Assembly: GCA_965203515.1 (NCBI GenBank)
Contig: OZ241907.1
Coordinates: forward strand, 1,568,001-1,632,000
Direction of reading: 5' to 3'
Length of the DNA: 64,000 nt
DNA from: Spirochaetia bacterium
GTDB taxonomy: Bacteria > Spirochaetota > Spirochaetia > SZUA-6 > Bin103
Shown in pieces: positions 9,648 through 18,888 of the stretch; within the stretch, counting starts at the first letter, position 1, and every line of letters starts with the position of its first letter. The notes beneath the pieces are model-generated. The model did not search any database, was not told where the DNA came from, and saw nothing but the letters and a program-made list of their open reading frames with translations. The position numbers were made by a program, and so were the translations under genes.

Positions 9648-9671
9648 TGAGTTATCAGGTATTTCCGTGGG
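9648..9671. promoter_or_regulatory. 24-bp element identical upstream of both precursors (copy 2)
   Basis: Exact match to 9188-9211. Confidence 0.55.
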
Positions 9672-9726
9672 CAGCGACGGTGGCCGGGGCTGACCAGGAA
9701 TGAGCCGGCGCTGATATCAGACGCCA

Positions 9727-10812
9727 TCATTCCCATCGAAACAGCCGTATCGACAGCGTCACGGAGGCGGCGAGCCAGACGCCCAGGACCAGCGCGTCCA
9801 GACCGAGCCCGTACGCCGGCGGCGCGCCGACCATCAGCTGCCGCAGGGCATCGCCCAGATAGGTGAGCGGAATCGCCTGCACTACCGGACGAATCCAGTC
9901 CGGCATGGTCTCCAGGGGAAAGAATATCCCGGAGAGGAACATCATGGGGAAGTTCAGCACCGAGCTGATGCCGAACACGCTCTCTTCGGTCCGCGACAGG
10001 GCGGCGATCAGGTAGCCCAGCGAAATGAAGGTCAAGGCGCCGAGCGCGCAGAAGACGGCCAGCAGGCCGACGTCGCCACCGATCTCCACGCCGAACACCA
10101 CGCGGCCCACGGCGATGATGATCACCACCTGGACCAGGGCGATCGTCAGACGGTGCAGCACCTGCGACACCAGCAGCGCCGAGCGCGGCAGCGGCGTAGT
10201 GCCAAGACGGCGCAGCACCTTGCGTTCCCGAAGCTGCACCAGCGGCGCCGCGGTCCCGAACAGACCGAGCTGCATCACCGCCATCGCCAGAATCCCCGGC
10301 ACCAGGGAGTCGATCGGCCTCAGCCGGTCGGCGGTCACCGTGGTGAACCGGGTGGTGATCAGCGAAGGGGCGCCGCGCAGAACGCCTTCCAGCTCCCGCA
10401 GCACGGCGCTGATCACCGGCACGGCGACCTCGCGAGCGGCCGCGGAGGTGGGATCGAAGATCACCTCCACCGTCACGTGGCGGCCGGCCGCCACGTCGGC
10501 GGCCAAGCCTGGCGGGGCGTCCACCACGACGCGCAGATCTCCTGCGGCAAGCTGATCCGCCAGCTCCGCGCGCGTGCCGGCGCGGACCTCCAGCGCGGGG
10601 GCGGCGCGCAGCGCCGTCCCTACCGGATCCGGCGGCACGGCGCCGGCCGGCTGCGTCACGCCGACAGCTACCGGTTCCCCGCCGGATCCGGAAAAGATCA
10701 CTCCGAACAGCAGCATCAGGAACACGGGAAAGGCAAAGGCCCAGAACAGCGCCATGCGGTCGCGCATGAATCCCTTCTGCGAGGCGACGTACAGGGGCAG
10801 GACGAACGACAT
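9727..10812 (-). CDS. ABC-2 type exporter permease
   Basis: ALFWAFAFP, LVPGILAM, RERKVLRRL, FLSGIFFPLE.MPDW...PLTY. Confidence 0.92.
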   Translation of the reverse strand: MSFVLPLYVASQKGFMRDRMALFWAFAFPVFLMLLFGVIFSGSGGEPVAVGVTQPAGAVPPDPVGTALRAAPALEVRAGTRAELADQLAAGDLRVVVDAPPGLAADVAAGRHVTVEVIFDPTSAAAREVAVPVISAVLRELEGVLRGAPSLITTRFTTVTADRLRPIDSLVPGILAMAVMQLGLFGTAAPLVQLRERKVLRRLGTTPLPRSALLVSQVLHRLTIALVQVVIIIAVGRVVFGVEIGGDVGLLAVFCALGALTFISLGYLIAALSRTEESVFGISSVLNFPMMFLSGIFFPLETMPDWIRPVVQAIPLTYLGDALRQLMVGAPPAYGLGLDALVLGVWLAASVTLSIRLFRWE

Positions 10813-10817
10813 GCCGG

Positions 10818-11759
10818 TCAGTCGCGGATGTGGCGGCCGGTGAGCCGCAGAAAGACGTCTTCCAGCGTCGGACGGCGCACGTGCAGGCCGTCGATGTCGA
10901 TCCGCCCGGCGGCCGCCATGGCGGTCAGGGCGCTGAGCGTAGCTCCCGCGTCCGACGAATGGAGCGTCAGCCCGTCGCCTTCGCGCTGCAGCCGTTCGAC
11001 GCCTGGCACGGACACGCCGTCGAACTCGACGCCGCCGGCCGGCAATTCGATCGCGGTCTCAGCGAAGTGCTCGTCGACCAGGCGGGACGGCGGCCCCTCG
11101 GCGATGATTCTGCCCCCGTCCATGATCGCGACCCGGTCACAGAGCGCCTCGGCTTCCTCCATGTAGTGCGTGGTGAGCAGCACGGTGGCGCCGCGACGGC
11201 GGATGGCGCGGATGGTATCCCACAGCGCCCGCCGTGCCTGCGGGTCGAGTCCGGTGGTCGGTTCGTCCAGGAATACCATCTCCGGCCGATTGACCAGCGC
11301 CAGCGCCACCGACAGGCGTTGCGCCTGGCCGCCGGACAGATCGCGGGTCAGGCTGCCGGCCTTGTCCGTCAGGTCGAGCAGATCGATCAGCTCGTCCGCG
11401 CCCATGGTGGTCCCGGCGTAGAACGTGCGGAACAGCTCCAGCACCTCGCGGACCGTCAGGCGGGGAAAGAGCGCAGTGGTCTGGAGCTGCACGCCGATGC
11501 GTTGCCGCACCGCCGCCGGGTCGGCGCTCAGGTCGCAGCCGAGCACCTGCACGGTCCCCGCGTCCGGCGCGCGCAACCCCTCGATCATTTCCACGGTGGT
11601 GGTCTTGCCGGCGCCGTTGGGACCGAGCACACCCAGGATCTCACCCGCCTCCACGGTTATCGACACGCCGTCGACCGCGACGACGTCACCGTATCGCTTG
11701 CGCAAGTCGACGGCATGGACCGCAAGCCGGTCAGACGTTCGGTCGGTGGATCCTGCCAT
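10818..11759 (-). CDS. ABC-2 exporter ATP-binding protein
   Basis: GPNGAGKTT, LSGGQ, FLDEPTTGLD, TTHYMEEAE, PTLEDVFL; TATACT 20 nt upstream of ATG 11759. Confidence 0.93.
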   Translation of the reverse strand: MAGSTDRTSDRLAVHAVDLRKRYGDVVAVDGVSITVEAGEILGVLGPNGAGKTTTVEMIEGLRAPDAGTVQVLGCDLSADPAAVRQRIGVQLQTTALFPRLTVREVLELFRTFYAGTTMGADELIDLLDLTDKAGSLTRDLSGGQAQRLSVALALVNRPEMVFLDEPTTGLDPQARRALWDTIRAIRRRGATVLLTTHYMEEAEALCDRVAIMDGGRIIAEGPPSRLVDEHFAETAIELPAGGVEFDGVSVPGVERLQREGDGLTLHSSDAGATLSALTAMAAAGRIDIDGLHVRRPTLEDVFLRLTGRHIRD

Positions 11760-11787
11760 CCCGGAACAACTTCTTTCGTAGTATAGT

Positions 11788-12777
11788 CTAGAGCGGCTCG
11801 TCGCCGGCGCGGCGGATGACGATGCCGTCGTCTTCGAGGTCGACGCGCACGCGGTCGCGGCCGGAAATCGACAAGGCATCGAGGTGGTCGCGCGGTATCT
11901 GCAGCCGCCCCACCCGGTCGATGACCACGTACTCGCGGTGCGAGTCGGCATCCTCCATGTGCAGGGCCGGCCGCGCGGCGTGCGGGTCGGCGCCGGCATC
12001 GTCCGCTCCGTCCCGGCGGATGAACTCGCTGCTGGTGCGACCGTCGCGGATCGCCACGACGCGCCCCACCGACTGCGCCACGGCGCGGTCATGCGTGACG
12101 ATGACCACGGTCACCCCCAGGTCGCGATTCACCGCGCGGAAGGTCCGCAGCAGATGGCGCGCCGTCTGCGAGTCGACGTTGCCGGTCGGCTCGTCGGCCA
12201 GCAGCAACGGCGGTTCGTTGGCCAGCGCCACCGCGATCGCCACCCGCTGCTGCTCGCCGCCGGACAGCTCGGTGAGCCGGTTGTGGGCGCGGTGGTCGAC
12301 GCCGACCTGTCGCAACAGGTCCAGGGCGCGCGCCCGCCGGCCGCGCCGCCGGCGGGCCAGCAGCATCGGCACCTCCACGTTCTCCGCCGCGGTCAGGTAC
12401 GGCACCAGATTGCGGGCGCCGTTCTGCCACACGAAGCCGACCGTCTCGCGCCGATAGCGGACCAGGTCCTGCGAGCCGAGCTTGAGCAGATCGGCGCCGC
12501 CCACCTCCACGGTCCCGGCCGAAGGGCGGTCCAGCCCGCCCAGGATGTTGAGCAGCGTCGACTTGCCGCTGCCGCTGGAGCCGATGATCGCCATCACCTC
12601 GCCGGCTTCGATCTCCAGGTCGAGCCCCTGCAGGGCGACCACCTCGATCTCGTCCGTCTTGAAGATGCGCACCAGATTCTCGCAACGCACCGCCGCGCCC
12701 CGCACCCCTGCGCCCCTCGCCCCTGCGCCCGGCACGGCCGGTTCGCCCCGCACCGCCGGTGCACCGGCAGCGCTCAC
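11788..12777 (-). CDS. LolD/MacB-type ABC ATPase with C-terminal AbrB-like extension
   Basis: GSSGSGKST, LSGGEQQRV, LADEPTG; tail VIDRVGRLQIP. Confidence 0.9.
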   Translation of the reverse strand: MSAAGAPAVRGEPAVPGAGARGAGVRGAAVRCENLVRIFKTDEIEVVALQGLDLEIEAGEVMAIIGSSGSGKSTLLNILGGLDRPSAGTVEVGGADLLKLGSQDLVRYRRETVGFVWQNGARNLVPYLTAAENVEVPMLLARRRRGRRARALDLLRQVGVDHRAHNRLTELSGGEQQRVAIAVALANEPPLLLADEPTGNVDSQTARHLLRTFRAVNRDLGVTVVIVTHDRAVAQSVGRVVAIRDGRTSSEFIRRDGADDAGADPHAARPALHMEDADSHREYVVIDRVGRLQIPRDHLDALSISGRDRVRVDLEDDGIVIRRAGDEPL

Positions 12778-13469
12778 GGCGCCTCCGCCCGGGCGCCCGG
12801 CTCCGGCTCCGCGATGCGCCCGTCACGCAGCGACACCCGCCGATCGGCCAAGTCGACGATGGCCGGATCGTGGCTGCTCATCACCACCGTGACCCCCTGT
12901 TCTCCGGTCAGCCCGCGCAGGATGCCGACCACCTGCATCCCCGTGTGGGTGTCGAGCTCGGCGGTCGGCTCGTCGGCGAACAGCACCTGCGGGCGGTGCG
13001 CGAAGCCGCGCGCGATCGCCACCCGCTGCTGCTCGCCGCCGGACAGCTCGCCCGGGCGGTGATGCATCCGCGACCGCAACCCGACCATCGTCAGGCACTC
13101 CCGGGCGCGCCGCTCTCGGCCGCCGCGGTCCGCGCCGGCGATGCGCAGCGCGAACTCGACGTTCTCCAGCGCCGACATGGCGGCGATCAGCGCCACCGAC
13201 TGGAAGACGAACCCCATCCGCCGCCGCCGCAGCTCGTCCCGTTCGGACTCGCTCAGCGCGGTGATGTCGGCGCCGTCCAGCAGCACCGCGCCGCTGGTGG
13301 GCCGATCGAGGGCCCCCAGGATGTTGATCAGCGTCGTCTTGCCGGAACCGGACGGCCCATGCAGCACGGTGAGCAGGCGCGGCTCGATCCCGATGCTCAC
13401 CCCGTCCAGCGCGGTGACGACCCCGCCGCCGGCGCGGTAGCTGCGGGTCACGTCGACCGCCGTGATCAC
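12774..13469 (-). CDS. LolD/MacB-type ABC ATPase
   Basis: GPSGSGKTT, LSGGEQQRV, FADEPT. Confidence 0.92.
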   Translation of the reverse strand: MITAVDVTRSYRAGGGVVTALDGVSIGIEPRLLTVLHGPSGSGKTTLINILGALDRPTSGAVLLDGADITALSESERDELRRRRMGFVFQSVALIAAMSALENVEFALRIAGADRGGRERRARECLTMVGLRSRMHHRPGELSGGEQQRVAIARGFAHRPQVLFADEPTAELDTHTGMQVVGILRGLTGEQGVTVVMSSHDPAIVDLADRRVSLRDGRIAEPEPGARAEAP

Positions 13470-14701
13470 GCCGGCGGGCCGGTGTGGGTGCCGGCGCCGC
13501 TCAACCCGTACGCCGCCCAGGTCTCGGCCAGATCGACGACCGTCCCGCTGCTGAGCGCCTCATCGATGCCGAGCGCCGTGACGCAGGCGACCAGCCCCTC
13601 GCGGCCGCCGGCCAGCACCGGCCGGCCGTCGCGCAGCCGCCGGAGACAGTCGCCAAGCTGAAAGCCGTCGCCGCCGCCGTGCTGGCCGGCGCGCACCACC
13701 TCGGTCCGCTGCCACGGCGTCCCGTCCCAGTCGCCGGTATAGTTGACCGGCGCGTACTGAAAGGAGCCCCAGTAGAGGTCGCCTTCGATGCAGCCGCGTT
13801 CGCCGACCAGATACATGCGCCGGCTCGGCCGGCCGGCGTTCTGGTTGCTGTGGAAGGTGGCGCGGACGCCGTTGGCGAACTCGATGATCGCCACCTGGTG
13901 ATCGACGATGTCCTGCGCGGAGTTGAAGCAACAGAGGTCGAGATGCCGGCCGCGCGTCAGCTCCGGCTCCGCTGCCGGCTTTGGCGGCAGCGGATCGAGC
14001 TCCAGCCGGTGGGCGCAGTCGAGGCCGCAGTCGCGGCAGTAGAGCGGCGCGTCGGAGCGCGGGGTGAAGAACGACCGGCCGCCGAACGACGCCACCCGGC
14101 GCGGCAGCGAGCCGGCGAACCAGCACAGGATGTCGAGGTCGTGGCAGCACTTTTCCAGCAGATAGGTGCCGGTAAAGCGGCGAAACCGGCGCCAGTCGCG
14201 GCGGAAGAACGCGCCCTGCGCGTACGGCAGGTTCTCGTTCGCCTCGATCGACATGATCGGGCCGAGATCGCCGCGGTCGAGCCGCTCCTTGATCCCCCGG
14301 TAGAACGGCGCGTAGCGGAGCACGAAGCCGACGATCAACTCCCGGCCGGCGGCCTGCGCGGCGCTCCAGATCGCCCGGCAGTCGTCCGCGGTGGTCGCCA
14401 GCGGCTTCTCGCAGAAGACGTGCTTGCCGTGCTCGAACGCCGCCACCGCCGGCTCGCGATGGGCGTGATCGGGCGAGCCGACGATTACCAGATCGACGTC
14501 GTCGCGGCTCACCACCTGCTCGACGCCGTCGACCACCGCCGCGGCCGGCGCGTGCTCGCGCTGCGCCTGCAGCGCTGCCGGTCGATCCGGGTCGTACAGG
14601 GCGGTGATCTCGACGCCGCCGGCGGCGGCCGCGCGGCTCAGCAGCGATCGGCCGCGCGCGCCGCAGCCGATCGCGCCGACCCGGAACGGGGAATCAGCCA
14701 T
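13466..14701 (-). CDS. Gfo/Idh/MocA family oxidoreductase
   Basis: IGCGARG, HVFCEKP, EKCCHDLD. Confidence 0.92.
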   Translation of the reverse strand: MADSPFRVGAIGCGARGRSLLSRAAAAGGVEITALYDPDRPAALQAQREHAPAAAVVDGVEQVVSRDDVDLVIVGSPDHAHREPAVAAFEHGKHVFCEKPLATTADDCRAIWSAAQAAGRELIVGFVLRYAPFYRGIKERLDRGDLGPIMSIEANENLPYAQGAFFRRDWRRFRRFTGTYLLEKCCHDLDILCWFAGSLPRRVASFGGRSFFTPRSDAPLYCRDCGLDCAHRLELDPLPPKPAAEPELTRGRHLDLCCFNSAQDIVDHQVAIIEFANGVRATFHSNQNAGRPSRRMYLVGERGCIEGDLYWGSFQYAPVNYTGDWDGTPWQRTEVVRAGQHGGGDGFQLGDCLRRLRDGRPVLAGGREGLVACVTALGIDEALSSGTVVDLAETWAAYGLSGAGTHTGPPA

Positions 14702-14848
14702 GCTCGTCCGTCCATGGTGCCCGACCGCGCTGACGCCGACAACCGGGCGCGGCCGGAAGATTCAATGTATGGTACCGATGCCGCATCGTCGCATGGTCAC
14801 GGCGGCGGATGCGGCGTAGCATCGACATCACCAAAGGCGTTTCACGAC

Positions 14849-16582
14849 ATGCCACCTACCAGCCAACACGATCACCCCTTCCTGCCGGACACCGACCCGA
14901 GCCATGCCGACGGCTCCGCCCCGATTCCCCTGAGCGGGGAGCAGGTCCGGCAGTTCATCGCCGACGGCTATCTGCTCCTGCGGCCGTCGCTGCCGGACGA
15001 GCTGCACGAGTCGATACGGCGGCGGCTCGACCAGGCGGTGCCGGTCCGCGAGGGCCGCGCGGGCAACCCCGGCAACAACATCCTGCCGCTCGTGCCGGAG
15101 ATGCGGCACGTGCTCCGGTCCCCGGAGGTGCACGGCGCCCTGCAGACCCTGCTGGGGCCCGACTACCTGGAGCATCCGCACCGGTTCTGCCACGTAGAGG
15201 AGCGGCCGGCCGACTCCGGCGCGGACCCGGGCGGCTCGGAGCGCCTCGCCAAGATGGCCGCCAACTGTCATCAGGACTCCTACACGCCGCTGGCGCGCCC
15301 GCGCCACCACCTCGTCCGCTACGCCCGCGTCATGTACTACCCGCAGGAGACGCCCGAGCGGCTCGGACCGACGCACGTGATTCCCGGAACCCATCTCAAT
15401 ACCGCCCTCAGCGACGCCGAACGGACGCGGACCATCCCGGTCGCCGGCCCCGCCGGCACGGTCTCCATCACCCATTTCGACGTCGGTCACGCCGCCGGCA
15501 TCAACCGGTCCGGGCAGCGGCGATTCATGGTCAAGTTCATCTACCAGCGCGCGTCGCCGCCGGCGGCCGACGGCTGGTCGGGAGCGGAACACCGCTGGCG
15601 CGATCCGCAGCGCTACGGCGGCGCCCGCCAGTCTCTGGCCTGGTCGCACCTCTGGGATTGGCTGCGCGGCGCCGGCGACCGCTACGCCAGCCTGCGCGGC
15701 GGCGCGCTGCCGCATGCCGGACGACCGGACGACGGGAACGCGGGCTCGGCGGCGCGGGCGCTGGCGGACGACCGTCCGTGCGCGGAGCGGGTGGCCGCCG
15801 CCGAGGCGTTGGCCGTCCTGGGAACGGGGGCCGCGCCGGCGGTTCCGGCCCTGCTCGGCGTCCTCAATCGGCAACCGGATCCGGTGCGGGTGGCGGCCGC
15901 TTATGCGCTGGGGGCGATCGGCGCGCCGGCGGTCGGCCCGCTGATCGATGCGCTGCGCGGGCGCGGCGGCGCCGCGCCGGTGCTGGGATCCCGCCTGGCC
16001 GCGAGCGGCCGCTCCGGCCCGCCGGAGACCGCCCTGCCGCTCGACGATGCCGCGTTCGCGCTGGCCGCCGCCGGCGCCATCGCGTTGCCGGCGTTGCAGG
16101 AGCTGTTGCGCGGGGGCGACGAATGGGCGCGGCTCAACGCCGCGTTCGCGCTGGGCGAGATGGACCGGCAGGCGCAGGCGGCGGTCCCGGCGCTGATCGC
16201 CGCGCTGGACGATCCCTCTCACCTGGTGGTCCGCGCGGCGGCGGACGCGCTGGGCGCCATCGGCGCGCCGGAAGCGGCGGCGCCGTTGGGCGCGCTGTTC
16301 CGGGTGAGCCGGCCCGGCTGGGAAGAGGAGGCGATGAGAGGCTGGACCGCTCGCGACCAGGTGCGCGTGAACGCGGCCACGGCGCTCGCCCGCCTTGGCC
16401 GCCGCGCCGCCGCGGCGGAGGACGACCTGAGACGGGCGCTCGACGACCGGTGCGGTCAGGTCGCGGCCTACGCCGTGGAGGCGCTGCGCCGCATCGGCTC
16501 CTCATCCGCGCTGGCTGCGGCGCTCGGCCTGCTGGCTGCGGAGCGCTGGGACCCGTCGATCACGCCGGCCAACGGCTTCTGA
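14849..16582 (+). CDS. PhyH-like Fe(II)/2-oxoglutarate dioxygenase fused to HEAT repeats
   Basis: QFIADGYLLL, HQD, GPTHVIPGTH, distal His (DVGHAAG); repeated AVPALI..L.D....VR.AAA.ALG.IG units; start could be 14765. Confidence 0.82.
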   Translation: MPPTSQHDHPFLPDTDPSHADGSAPIPLSGEQVRQFIADGYLLLRPSLPDELHESIRRRLDQAVPVREGRAGNPGNNILPLVPEMRHVLRSPEVHGALQTLLGPDYLEHPHRFCHVEERPADSGADPGGSERLAKMAANCHQDSYTPLARPRHHLVRYARVMYYPQETPERLGPTHVIPGTHLNTALSDAERTRTIPVAGPAGTVSITHFDVGHAAGINRSGQRRFMVKFIYQRASPPAADGWSGAEHRWRDPQRYGGARQSLAWSHLWDWLRGAGDRYASLRGGALPHAGRPDDGNAGSAARALADDRPCAERVAAAEALAVLGTGAAPAVPALLGVLNRQPDPVRVAAAYALGAIGAPAVGPLIDALRGRGGAAPVLGSRLAASGRSGPPETALPLDDAAFALAAAGAIALPALQELLRGGDEWARLNAAFALGEMDRQAQAAVPALIAALDDPSHLVVRAAADALGAIGAPEAAAPLGALFRVSRPGWEEEAMRGWTARDQVRVNAATALARLGRRAAAAEDDLRRALDDRCGQVAAYAVEALRRIGSSSALAAALGLLAAERWDPSITPANGF

Positions 16583-16610
16583 ACCGGCGACCGGCATCGC
16601 CCTCACGCCG

Positions 16611-17756
16611 ATGATCGCCTTCGATCATGCAGCTCTCCCTGCCCTCGTGGGCGCCGGCGTTTCGTTGGCCGGCAGCGTGCTGATCGTCGCCACCCGGCGC
16701 TGGCACGGAGGGCTCAGCCTGGACAGCCTGAGCGGGCCGCAGAAGGTTCAGCGACAGGTGGTGCCGCGCATCGGCGGCATTGCCGTGTGCGCCGGGCTGT
16801 GGGCGGGCGCCATCGTGGCTCCGCCGGCGATCCGCGGGAATCTGGCGATCATGGGGCTCTGCGGTCTGCCGGCCTTCGCGGTCGGCCTTGCCGAGGACCT
16901 GACCAAGAGCGTCTCGGTCCGACTGCGCATGCTCGCTACCCTGCTGTCGGGCGCCGCGTTCAGCATCGTGACCGGCTATGCGGTCGAAAGCGTGGAGATC
17001 GGCTTTGCCGACCGTGCGCTGGCGCTGCCATGGATCGCCATCCCGTTCACGGCGTTCGCCATCGCCGGCATCGCCCACTCGGTCAACATCATCGACGGCT
17101 TCAACGGGCTGTCGGCGGGCGGCGTCATCATCATGCTGGCGGCGTTCGGGGTGATCTGCCTGCGCGCCGGCGATGCCGAGCTGGCGGCGCTCACCCTGGT
17201 CATCGGGGCGGCCCTGGCCGGGTTCCTGGCGGTCAACTTTCCCTTCGGTCCGGTCATCATGGGCGACGGCGGCGCCTACCTCGCCGGCTTCCTGCTCGCC
17301 GCCGTGAGCGTGATGCTGCCCGATCGCAATCCCGACGTGTCGCCGTGGATCATCCTGCTGGTGCTGGCGTATCCGGTGCTGGAGACGGTCTATTCGATCG
17401 GGCGCAAGACCGTGCTCAAGGGGCACGGCCCCGGCCGCGCGGACAAGGCGCACCTGCACCACCTGATCTACCGGTACCTGCGGCGCGCGATGGTCGGCAC
17501 CGGCGCGGCGCGGTACGCCAACCCGGCCGTCGGCGCACTGCTCTGGGCGGCGATGGCGGCCGGGCTGGCGTTCGTGAGCGTGGCCCCGCACACCGTCGCG
17601 TGGGCCGGTCCGGCGCTGGGCGTGCAGGCGGCGTCGTATCTGATCTGCTATCGCGCGGCCGTACGGTCGTTGCGGCGGCCCCCATCGCCCGGCCGGATGA
17701 GCGTCGACCTGGCCCCGTCTGCGGAGCGCCGCGGCGGCGCAGGCCGGGTATCCTGA
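16611..17756 (+). CDS. MraY/WecA-like polyprenyl-phosphate sugar-1-phosphate transferase
   Basis: PRIGG, NIIDGFNGL, NFP, MGDGGAY, DKAHLHH; multiple TM helices. Confidence 0.92.
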   Translation: MIAFDHAALPALVGAGVSLAGSVLIVATRRWHGGLSLDSLSGPQKVQRQVVPRIGGIAVCAGLWAGAIVAPPAIRGNLAIMGLCGLPAFAVGLAEDLTKSVSVRLRMLATLLSGAAFSIVTGYAVESVEIGFADRALALPWIAIPFTAFAIAGIAHSVNIIDGFNGLSAGGVIIMLAAFGVICLRAGDAELAALTLVIGAALAGFLAVNFPFGPVIMGDGGAYLAGFLLAAVSVMLPDRNPDVSPWIILLVLAYPVLETVYSIGRKTVLKGHGPGRADKAHLHHLIYRYLRRAMVGTGAARYANPAVGALLWAAMAAGLAFVSVAPHTVAWAGPALGVQAASYLICYRAAVRSLRRPPSPGRMSVDLAPSAERRGGAGRVS

Positions 17757-17787
17757 GCGCACCGCGCACACCACACGCGGCGACTTC

Positions 17788-17859
17788 AGCGAGTGAGGGG
17801 AATCGAACCCCTGTCACGAGCTTGGGAAGCTCGGGTAATGACCATTATACGACACTCGC
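17788..17859 (-). tRNA. tRNA-Gly(CCC), CCA not encoded
   Basis: GCGAGTG/CACTCGC acceptor, CGAGC-TTCCCAA-GCTCG anticodon arm, AGGGG-TTCGATT-CCCCT T arm. Confidence 0.97.
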
Positions 17860-17898
17860 GGGTCACGGACCTGCACAGCGTAGCATGGATGCGGGCGG

Positions 17899-18888
17899 TC
17901 AGTCGATAGCGATGCGGGCTGCCGGCCGGCGATCGACCTGCCGCCCCAGGACGGTCAACACGATCTGCGCGTCCCGGTGCGTGACGAAGGGGACGGCGAT
18001 CGGGCCGCCCTGGTACCGGGTCTCCAGCAGCACGACCGGTTCCGGTCGATCGGGCAGCTCCGCCGTCAGCGTCAGGTCGACCAGGATCGCATACCGCTCC
18101 ACCTCGTGCTCGAACAGACCGAACACCTGATCCTCGCCCGCCGGCTCCGGCCGGGTGATCCCCACCTGCATGACCGTGCCGTGCGGCACCTCGCTGCCGC
18201 CGTCGGGCGACTGGAAGACGACCGTTCCCGGCGCGTCTCCGCCCCCGGCGCGGACCGTGAAGACGAACGCCTGATTGCGCTGCGCCAGTTCGTCGAGCGC
18301 GTCGGCATAGGCCATGCCGACGAACCGAGGAACCTCGATCAGGTCGCCCCGGGGGCCGCGGCTCACCGTAAACCGGATCGTGGTCTCGCCGGAGATGCGC
18401 GTCCCCGGCGGCGGACTCTGCGCCAGGATCGTCCCGGCCGGGCGGGGGTCGGAGATGCGCGGGCCGCTCTCGGCGATCCTGACCGGCGGCTCATCGCCGA
18501 CGGTCAGCGTCTGCAGCTCCAACCGGACCTCGTCGACGTCGCGGCCCAGGTAGTCGTCGACCTGCGCGATGACCCGTCCCCGGCTCACCACCACCGACAC
18601 CGGCCGGCCCGCCTTGACCAGCGAGCCGGCCACCGGGGTCTGGCCCATCACCTGCCAGGCCGGCGCGTCCGACGAGAAGCGCCCCTCGACGCGGGCGACC
18701 AGTCCCCGCTCCTGCAGCCGCTCCATCGCTTCCAGCAGGTTCACGCCCACGATCGCCGGTACCTGCGTCTCCTCCTCGCCGCGCACCGAGATGAAGAACG
18801 CCGTGGCCGCCGCCGCGACCAGCACGGCCGCGATCAGCGCCGCCGGCGCCACGGCCGGGCGGGACGGTCCGGATGCCGCGCCGCTCAC
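17899..18888 (-). CDS. PASTA domain-containing membrane protein
   Basis: N-terminal TM then three PASTA-like units (VPAIVG..QTP.AG..V...VSRG); GTGA overlap with fmt. Confidence 0.88.
   Translation of the reverse strand: MSGAASGPSRPAVAPAALIAAVLVAAAATAFFISVRGEEETQVPAIVGVNLLEAMERLQERGLVARVEGRFSSDAPAWQVMGQTPVAGSLVKAGRPVSVVVSRGRVIAQVDDYLGRDVDEVRLELQTLTVGDEPPVRIAESGPRISDPRPAGTILAQSPPPGTRISGETTIRFTVSRGPRGDLIEVPRFVGMAYADALDELAQRNQAFVFTVRAGGGDAPGTVVFQSPDGGSEVPHGTVMQVGITRPEPAGEDQVFGLFEHEVERYAILVDLTLTAELPDRPEPVVLLETRYQGGPIAVPFVTHRDAQIVLTVLGRQVDRRPAARIAID

Larger units (their letters stand above)
8820..9671. repeat. Tandem duplication (~460 bp period) of upstream region plus leader
   Basis: ~8820-9211 aligns with ~9283-9671; the core-coding parts differ. 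Confidence 0.9.
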
